NCBI GenBank assembly: GCA_001724265.1
Contig: MEDY01000296.1
Span: forward strand, 1 to 38,502
DNA from: Rhizaria sp. SCN 62-66
Lineage: Eukaryota
DNA length: 38,502 bases
Reading direction: 5' to 3'
In this document: one piece after another, positions 32,001 to 38,502 of the stretch
Position numbering within the stretch: the stretch's first letter is position 1
How the letters are laid out: each line of letters begins with the position of its first letter
Notes under the pieces: generated by a model
Seen by the model: the letters and a program-made list of their open reading frames with translations, nothing else
Databases searched by the model: none
Told to the model about the DNA's origin: nothing
Position numbers and translations under genes: made by a program

Positions 32001-34239
32001 TTGCACCGCTGCTGTGCCTGGTCTTGTTCACATTAGCGCCGTCCGCTGCGCCGTGGTTTGCCGCGCCGCTCGCCGCGCCACTTGCTGCGTGTGCCTCGCT
32101 GTCTGCCGCGCTCTCGGCGGCGTACGCGGCCGAGGTCGCCGCCGTGGCGCTGCTGGCGGCGGCGGCGGCGCGGTCCGCGTGGCTCTCGGAGAACACGCCC
32201 TCGGTCGCGGCAGCAATCGCGGCCGCAGCCTCGGTCGCGAACGCGCCCAGCCCCGTCTGCGCCGACGGCGACGCGGGCGATGATGGCGACGCAGCGGCCA
32301 ACGCAGAAGAAGCTGACGTTGACGCAGAAGCAGATGCTGACTGCACAGATGCTCGTGCCGAGGCTCGCGCCGAAGGTTGCGCCGAGACTGCAGACGCCGG
32401 CGCTGACGCTGGCGCCGGCGTCGGTGTGGCCGGCGCGGGCGTGAGCGTCGACGCAGGTACGGCCACGGCAGCCGCATGCACCAGGCGAACAAATGGCAAT
32501 CCTTTCTGGCTCTGGCTCTGGCTAAGAGCGTCCACGCCGGCTCCCGCCGTCGCGGCCGCGGTGGCCGCCGCGCCCGCGCTCGCGCCTGCGGCGGACATAA
32601 GGTGTGAGTACACGTGACCCTCGGCGACCGACACTGCGAGCAGGGCTTCGCCGCGCAGCAGCGGGCCCAGCACGCAGCGCCGGCAGCGCGGCGCCTGGCG
32701 CGCGGCGGCCGCGGACGCACCGCACGACCACGGGGAGCGCGGGGCGGCGCGAGAGCCCAAGTCAGAGTGACAGCTACCGGAGCCAGAGCCAGGGACGGGG
32801 GTCTGACTCAGGTGGTACGGGCAGAGATGGGTCGGGGCCCCGCAGTAACCGTGGCCGTGGCCGTGGCCGTGGTGGGCGCGGCCAGGATCGCCAGCGCTAT
32901 CGCGAGCCGTATTCGAGCCCGTCGCAGCGCCAGACATCAGGCGACGGCGACGAGTGCTCCGAACAACACTCGCATCAGCATCAGTGTCACTATTGCCATC
33001 GTCGTCATAGTCGTCAAGATCGGCGTCGCGCACGCTCCCACTCGCCGCCGCACCGCCGCCGTCACTGCCCCGGCTCTGGCTCCGCTCAGCCTCCGCCTCC
33101 GCCTCTGCCTCCGCCTCGGCGGCCTCGTCCTCCTCAAGCAGCTGCCCCAGCGCGAGCGCGGGCCCCAGCAGCGCCCAGGCCAGCCCAGGCGGCAGCGCCG
33201 CGGCCACGGCGTCGACGAGCGCGCCCACGTGGAACGGGTCTAGGCTGCGCGCCGCGACGCCACCCGGCAGCACAAACCCGCGCCCGCGTCCGGCCTTCTC
33301 GCTGACGCCGGGCGGGGGCGGGGGACATAGTGGGCAGACGGGGGCCGCGAAGGCCCACTCGGGGAACGCGCGAGGCCTGCCTCCGCTGGCGACCGCAGCC
33401 AGCAGCCCGTGGCGGCCACAGAGCGCCGTCACCGCACGCGTCAGCGGCGCGCCCGCGGCCGGCAGCGCGGCGGTGGCGCCCCAGGCCCCCGGTCTAGCCA
33501 CCGCCGCCATCGCTGCCGCCGCCACCGCTGGTGCTGCGCCGCCGCTGCTGTCATTCACTGCGTTTTCATTCACGATGTCGTCCCTGTTGTCGTTCGCGCT
33601 CGCGTTTCCACCGCGCGCTCTAGCGCCCGCGCCCGCGCTGCTCGCATTGCCGACGTGCACGCCGCTGTAGTTGTTGCCCAGCGCCAGCAGCGCAGCGGCC
33701 TCACGCGCGAGCAGTCCGCGCGCGGCGGCGGCCAGCGCGGCGTGGCTCGGGCCGCGGAACGGCGACGGCCCGCGCGGGAACGGGTCCGCGTGCGCGTCGT
33801 CCACAAACGAAGGAACGCCCGGCGCCAGGCCCAGCGTGGGGGGCGCGCGGCGCGCGTTAGGGAGCGAACCCGCACCGCCTGGGGTCGGGGCCGTGCTGCT
33901 GTGGTGGCCGGCGGCGGCGGCGGTGTCGAGGTCGTAGACGGCGCCGCGCAGCCACGAGGGCTCGGCGAATGGCGAGGAAGACAGTGCGCAATGCGACGCC
34001 AGCGGGGCCGGCAGCGCGGGGCCGGCCGCCAGCGAGCGCGGGGGCGGCTGTGAGGCGCACAGGGCGGGGGCGTGCGCGACAGGCTAGCACGGCTGGGGGA
34101 CCGTTAGACGGGCGGGCGGGGGCGGCGGAACAGGGTACGACTGCAGCATGGCGGTGTCGTAGGTCGCTGCGGACGCATGCAAGCACGGATCACGCGCAGG
34201 CAAAAGCGCGGATGCGTCATGGGGCGTGACGGAGCTCAT
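29015..34239 (-). CDS. Highly divergent, insertion-expanded acyl-CoA dehydrogenase-like protein (about 1639 aa); contains in-frame TAGs at 34084-34086 and 30963-30965
   Basis: Exons 34239-31821, 31672-30442 and 30284-29015; introns 31820-31673 (GTGCGT..CAG) and 30441-30285 (GTACGT..TAG); 4920 nt, in frame if both TAGs are sense; stop TAA. ACAD-like blocks in the correct order: PFAEPSWLRG, SPFRGPSHAALAAAARGLLARE, LPGGVAARSLDPFHVGALVD, VLGPLLRGEALLAVSVAEG, MVNGAKAWVLNGLIADYLITPV, WLRLRRLLVDPSWVIG, QARALASRQCLYPSLAALLTSSLEAQRW, GDSARKILG, LVRGAWFCAFLGGGREEALRDFVVR. An alternative start is ATG 34149. Confidence 0.72.
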
Positions 34240-34748
34240 GGGGCAGCGCCAAGAAGAGCGGGGAGCGAGAGGGGGGATATCGAGAACTGACCACTCTTCT
34301 GAAAAGCGCCAATATAACGAGTGTCACAAGCTACTCGGTAGAAATAATAATGGAAGATATGCTATGATAAGTTAAAGTATTGTTTTGAGCTGCTCTAATT
34401 CGTATTGTCGATCAGGCCATGTCGCACGGATGTTGAACACAAAGACAGTCATCAGCCTTTGAAATTTGCCGACTCGTTCGGCGCCTCATCGACGAATCGA
34501 TATATAGTATGTACAGCATGATCCTGAGCGGTGAACAATGCAGCGCTAGTTGATCGGAATAGCTCTATTTTACAACTGTTCTTTCACTTAATTATACACC
34601 AGAAATCTGTCGTTAAGCTTGTCAAATGCTCTCTCAAAATGTTCGCCCTCCCTTACGACATTCGACCGAACTTCTCTCGACCGTTTACCCATGACAGAAA
34701 CCACAAAGCTCTTCTTCAGCCGCACCTGCACAGGAGAAGTTTGCACAC
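34240..34748. promoter_or_regulatory. Divergent intergenic/promoter region between the ACAD-like gene and UBC9
   Basis: About 510-bp AT-rich spacer between ATG 34239 (-) and ATG 34749 (+). Orientation-based inference only. Confidence 0.4.
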
Positions 34749-35633
34749 ATGTCCACCATTGCCCGTGACCGTCTTATGGCCGAGCGCAAGGTACGCTTTT
34801 CTGCATAATGCGACCCCGCAGAAACCTCCACTCTCGGCCCCTATCTCAACTGCTCTTGCTCGTTTGCATTTCTCTGTCGCTCGGTCCCCACGCTCTCTAT
34901 CACCGCCCTCTCGCCGATTTCTATTGCTTATCTCTCACATGCATCCACCTTTTTGCTTTGCTTTTACTCGCTTCCTGTTTTTCGCGCTTCTGCGCAGCGC
35001 TGGCGCCAGGACCACCCTCCCGGCTTTTACGCTCGCCCCGAGTCCGCCGCCGACGGGTAAGTCTCTGATCCTCTTAACCCGCCACAAATCACTCTCTAAC
35101 CATGTCAATATGCAATTATACTTTGTTTTACATCTCATCGCATTATTTTATTCTCCTCAAACTCGCATGTCTCTCCACGCGATCGCCTCACCTCACCCGT
35201 ACTCTTCTCTCGTCTTCTCTCACTCCTTAACATGCAAACACGTCCCGCGCCCCGCAGCTCGCTGAACCTGTTCACGTGGCGGTGCGGCATCCCGGGCAAG
35301 CCGAACACGGACTGGGAGGGCGGCGTGTTTCCCATGCGCATGGAGTTCCCCCCCGAGTACCCCGCCAAGCCGCCCAAGTGCGTGTTTGAGCCCGTGCTGT
35401 TCCACCCCAACGTCTACCCCTCGGGCACCGTCTGCCTGTCGATCCTGGTCGAGGAGAAGGGCTGGCGGCCCTCGATCACGATTAAGGACATCCTGCAGGG
35501 TGTGCAGGACCTGCTCGACGAGCCCAACGAGGAGGACCCGGCGCAGTCGGAGCCCTTCAAGCTCTACCGCAGCAACCTGCCAGAGTACCGCCGCCGCGTC
35601 AAGCAGTTCGCCGCCACCTGCCCGCCGCCATAA
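34749..35633 (+). CDS. UBC9: SUMO-conjugating E2 enzyme UBC9, 158 aa
   Basis: Exons 34749-34790, 34998-35056 and 35258-35633; introns 34791-34997 (GTACGC..CAG) and 35057-35257 (GTAAGT..CAG). Product [56 protein letters not shown]...[16 protein letters not shown]...; stop TAA. Confidence 0.97.
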
Positions 35634-36345
35634 GCGCGCGCGCTGATGCGGAAGTCAGGCCGCCGCGTGTCCCGCGTGTCCGCAGCGGCGTGCGCTGCGC
35701 TGGAGGAAACTGAACTATCAACCGGGATGGGCTGGGCTGGGACATCTGTTTGCACTGCACTAATCACGAAAACAATCAGAAAACTACGAAATCAGGTGAT
35801 GTGACGACAACAACGAACTAAAACGACGACATTGACATTATACTCGAATACTACGACGACATCCAACAACAGAAATCTGTTGTCGTACAGAAGTGTTGTC
35901 AGTCGAGTGATGTTAAATGTGTTTGTGGGGGCGGCTGTTGGAGTCGCATCGCCGATCGCGCCGGTCACGGGGGCCACGCATGTGCCTTGTGAGCGCGCGA
36001 AATACCTTAGAATACACATGCAAGTTATAGAACCAATATACCGCTCTCAATTTATTCAATGATCATTAGCGATACAACAACAGTGAGTATTCATAAAAAC
36101 GTTTCTAAATGTATTACATGTTGATAAAATGGCCATTTAATCGCCAAAATTTTTGTCTAGATAACTTTATACATTGAAAACTCACAACGACTCATTTCTT
36201 AGTCCTTAGTCTGACGCATCACAAAGCATCGCACATTTCTCGCGCCAGTCTTAGCCGCCAACGCGACATGTCATGACTCAAAACGCGCGCGCGTCTCACT
36301 CACGCCGAACCGCTCGCCGGTCCGCTCGTTCACCCGCCCGCCCGC

Positions 36346-37369
36346 TCACAGCGCGATGGCAATGCCCGCGGCCTTGGTGGCGGCGACGCGCGCGACGACG
36401 TCCCTGAGCTCCGCGGGCAGGCGCGCGAGCTGCGCGGGCGGGAGCGCGAGACACTGGCGCAGCACGGCGCGCTGCTCGGCCGCCAGCGCGGGCAACGCCG
36501 CCGCCAGCTGCGCCATCTCCTCGCGCGTCATCGCCTCCACCGGCGGCAGCTCGGCGCCCGCAGCGGCGGCGGAGGAGGAGGACGCGGCGGCGGTGGCCGT
36601 GAGCGCGGTGGAGGCTGCGGCAACGGCGGAGGACGAGGCGGCGACGAGCGCGGAGATCTCCTGCGGCGAGATGAGCCCGAACAGGACCTGGATCTCGATG
36701 AGCGCGACGGCGAGCTGCGGCGACTCGGCGAGCAGCTGCTTCGCCACCTCGGGCTGGCTCGCCTGCAGCTCCTTGAACTCGGACAGCACCTCGAGCTGCT
36801 CCGCCTGCGAGAGCGCGCGCAGCACCGCCGTCACCGTCGACGGCTGCGCGGCCGCCGCGAAGACCGTGGGCGCGGCCGCCGCGCCGACCGTGATGGGCAC
36901 CTGGCGGCGCACGGCGACGGCGCCAGGGAGCCCCGCGAAGTCGCGCGTGGCCGAGACCTGGAGCACGGAGCCCTGGAAGGTACTGCCGTTGAGGTTGCGC
37001 ACCGCGGCCTCGGCGCTCGCGCTGCTGCGGAACACGCACTTGCCCGTGCCCTTCGAGCGGTTGTTCTCGGTGTCGATGTCAAAGCGCACCACGAGGCCGA
37101 TGCTGCTGAAGTGCACCAGCAGCTCCTGTTCCGTCGCGTTGTACTGTGCGGGGGCACGGGGCGAAGAGGAGCGAACGAGGAAAGCGGAGATAAAGGGATA
37201 TTAATTAGCTATATGTGCATACTCAGCGTCGCAACATGTAGACTTTACGCTTGTGAAAACAAAATATTGATAGGATTGATTCTAGAAACTATATGGTGAT
37301 GCGGTATGGTGTGAGACGTACAGGGATGTTCCTCACATAAACGATGTGGCTCTCGTCCGCCATAGACAT
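36346..37369 (-). CDS. Cleavage stimulation factor 64 kDa subunit-like (CSTF2/Rna15 family), divergent, about 281 aa
   Basis: Exons 37369-37322 and 37143-36346; intron 37321-37144 (GTACGT..CAG). RRM IVYVRNIPYNATEQEL..RSKGTGKCVFRSSASAEAAVRNLNG, hinge LSQAEQLEVLSEFKEL..PEVAKQLLAESPQLAVALIEIQVLFGLI, and C-terminal QCLALPPAQLARLPAELR; stop TGA. Confidence 0.85.
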
Positions 37370-37620
37370 CCTCTGTGGGCGCTAAAACAGAAGTTTATAG
37401 AGTGACAATTGAAAATCCAAAAAGGTGATAAGTAATATTTTTTGAATAAGCAATCTAATCTAAGTTTGTCGATCTGACTAACGAGATACTCAATGTACAA
37501 AATAGGTTCTCACGATACTGGCTGTTGCCGGCCACAGGCAGCTGCCACCACCACCAACCCGCCGCGCTGCTCACCAGAGTCAAACTTACTTGGAACAACA
37601 GTATCGACAATTCTTATTTG

Positions 37621-37668
37621 GGCTCTAACTTTGGAACTAGCTTTAGTTCTGGCTCTAGTTTTGGCTCT
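37621..37668. repeat. Degenerate (GGCTCT)8 hexamer array in intergenic DNA
   Basis: GGCTCT AACTTT GGAACT AGCTTT AGTTCT GGCTCT AGTTTT GGCTCT. Confidence 0.7.
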
Positions 37669-38312
37669 ATACACAGGGGTGCCTCCGGCGATGAGCACTC
37701 GCAGATATGCTCATGAAGCTCACACATGTCCGTACATGCATCAAATCCAAGCATTCAGCGGGTGACGTGATTGGTAAGTGTGTATGTTGATACAGTTTTT
37801 GCACTCATAAGTGCATTCTAGTTGCACCAACGTAGCCTCAATCTCGATATCTGCGTGCCTGGTCGCAGTGTTGTTGTTGACAACAGTGCGGACTTAGTAC
37901 ATTTGTGTCACACGTTCTCACGAGCCACTCGCAGCCGCGGACTCAAACTCGATTACGCGTCTTGCTGCAAGATATATGGAAGCCCTTTAATAATTTTACG
38001 AGCATCAGCAACAATATTGACTCTAAACATCACAATAGTTACCTGTAGTCTGTTTCTGACCTCCAAGGGCATGAGCAAGACCCACTCAAGGCTAATTCCG
38101 ACCAAGGCAAATACGCACTGAATGATTGTCACAGGGGGTACTATTAAGCTTCATCGTTTATTAAGTGCTTATAATTGTACTATAAATAGTTCTCTTTCTA
38201 AGCTCATTGTTATCACATCAAACTCCTGCCCCCTCTGTCAACTCTCTCTTTGGACCTTCACACGGCTCTCCCTAAAAGGTCATGGCGTTCCCTACAGACT
38301 GCGCACAAAACA

Positions 38313-38502
38313 TCACTTGCGACGTAGAGACTTGTTGCGTGCCCCTTTGAGCTCCGCGTCAGTGATGCCGAGCATCTTCCTGAACCCCTTGATCGCGAAG
38401 TGCGCCGGCATAGACTTGAACGCGAAGAGCATCGCCTGCATGCGCGACATCATCTTGGCGGCCGAAACCCCCTTGCGGCGAACGTCGACTCCGCAAACAT
38501 CC
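38313..38502 (-). CDS. 3' end of an unidentified protein-coding gene entering from beyond the window
   Basis: GC-rich open frame DVCGVDVRRKGVSAAKMMSRMQAMLFAFKSMPAHFAIKGFRKMLGITDAELKGARNKSLRRK ending in TGA at 38313-38315, followed by AT-richer sequence. No recognisable motif. Confidence 0.55.
   Translation of the reverse strand, partial: DVCGVDVRRKGVSAAKMMSRMQAMLFAFKSMPAHFAIKGFRKMLGITDAELKGARNKSLRRK

Noticed and set aside
19109-35633. Ciliate-type code with both TAA and TAG as sense (frames stay open for 40 or more codons after the TAA of COQ5 and UBC9)
   Set aside because: Both TAAs fall exactly at the conserved C-termini (HSGYKL; 158-aa UBC9) and no internal TAA occurs in any CDS. Short open stretches are expected in GC-rich 3'UTRs.
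245-37204. Numerous long overlapping and antisense ORFs (e.g. 2427-3830 -, 11297-13369 +, 24227-26338 -, 7879-9147 +)
   Set aside because: These are shadow ORFs from high GC and codon bias opposite real genes. Their translations are Arg/Ala/Gly-rich with no motifs.
19109-37369. Functional gene cluster (mitochondrial COQ5/HTD2/ACAD, or RNA-processing CID-RRM/NOL10/CstF-64)
   Set aside because: The genes are interleaved, in mixed orientation and from different pathways. This is consistent with ordinary housekeeping gene order.
1-38502. Suppressor tRNA (CUA anticodon), pyrrolysine machinery or SECIS/PYLIS-like elements explaining the TAGs
   Set aside because: No tRNA cloverleaf or T-loop signature and no pyl-like genes were seen in the window. 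No shared sequence or obvious common hairpin follows the three TAGs.
1-38502. CRISPR array, transposase, rRNA or prokaryotic operon/defence system
   Set aside because: No spaced direct repeats or recognisable transposase, RT or rRNA sequence were seen. The spliceosomal introns and gene content are eukaryotic.

Overview
Gene-dense nuclear DNA from a eukaryotic microbe (protist-like; the taxon cannot be determined from this window). Exons are very GC-rich and rich in Ala/Ser/Gly/Gln. Introns (14 reconstructed, 103-216 nt, all GT-AG, mostly GTACG donors) and intergenic spacers are AT-richer. Twelve protein-coding genes can be rebuilt by hand: a Nudix/CoA-diphosphatase-like gene (3' end outside the window), a USP53/54-like deubiquitinase, a PAQR membrane protein, a large GRAM/PH plus membrane-hairpin protein, COQ5, a SCAF4/8-Nrd1/Seb1-like CID-RRM protein, NOL10/ENP2, an HTD2-like hydratase, a hugely expanded acyl-CoA dehydrogenase-like protein, UBC9, a CstF-64-like protein, and the 3' end of an unknown gene. 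Main discovery: three in-frame TAG codons (18246-18248, 30963-30965, 34084-34086; all minus strand) interrupt two otherwise intact genes. All 11 visible gene ends use TGA (8) or TAA (3), never TAG. This points to a non-standard nuclear genetic code in which UAG is a sense codon while UAA and UGA remain stops. The amino acid is unresolved (Gln, Glu or Leu). All protein family calls are by-eye motif recognition, not database searches.
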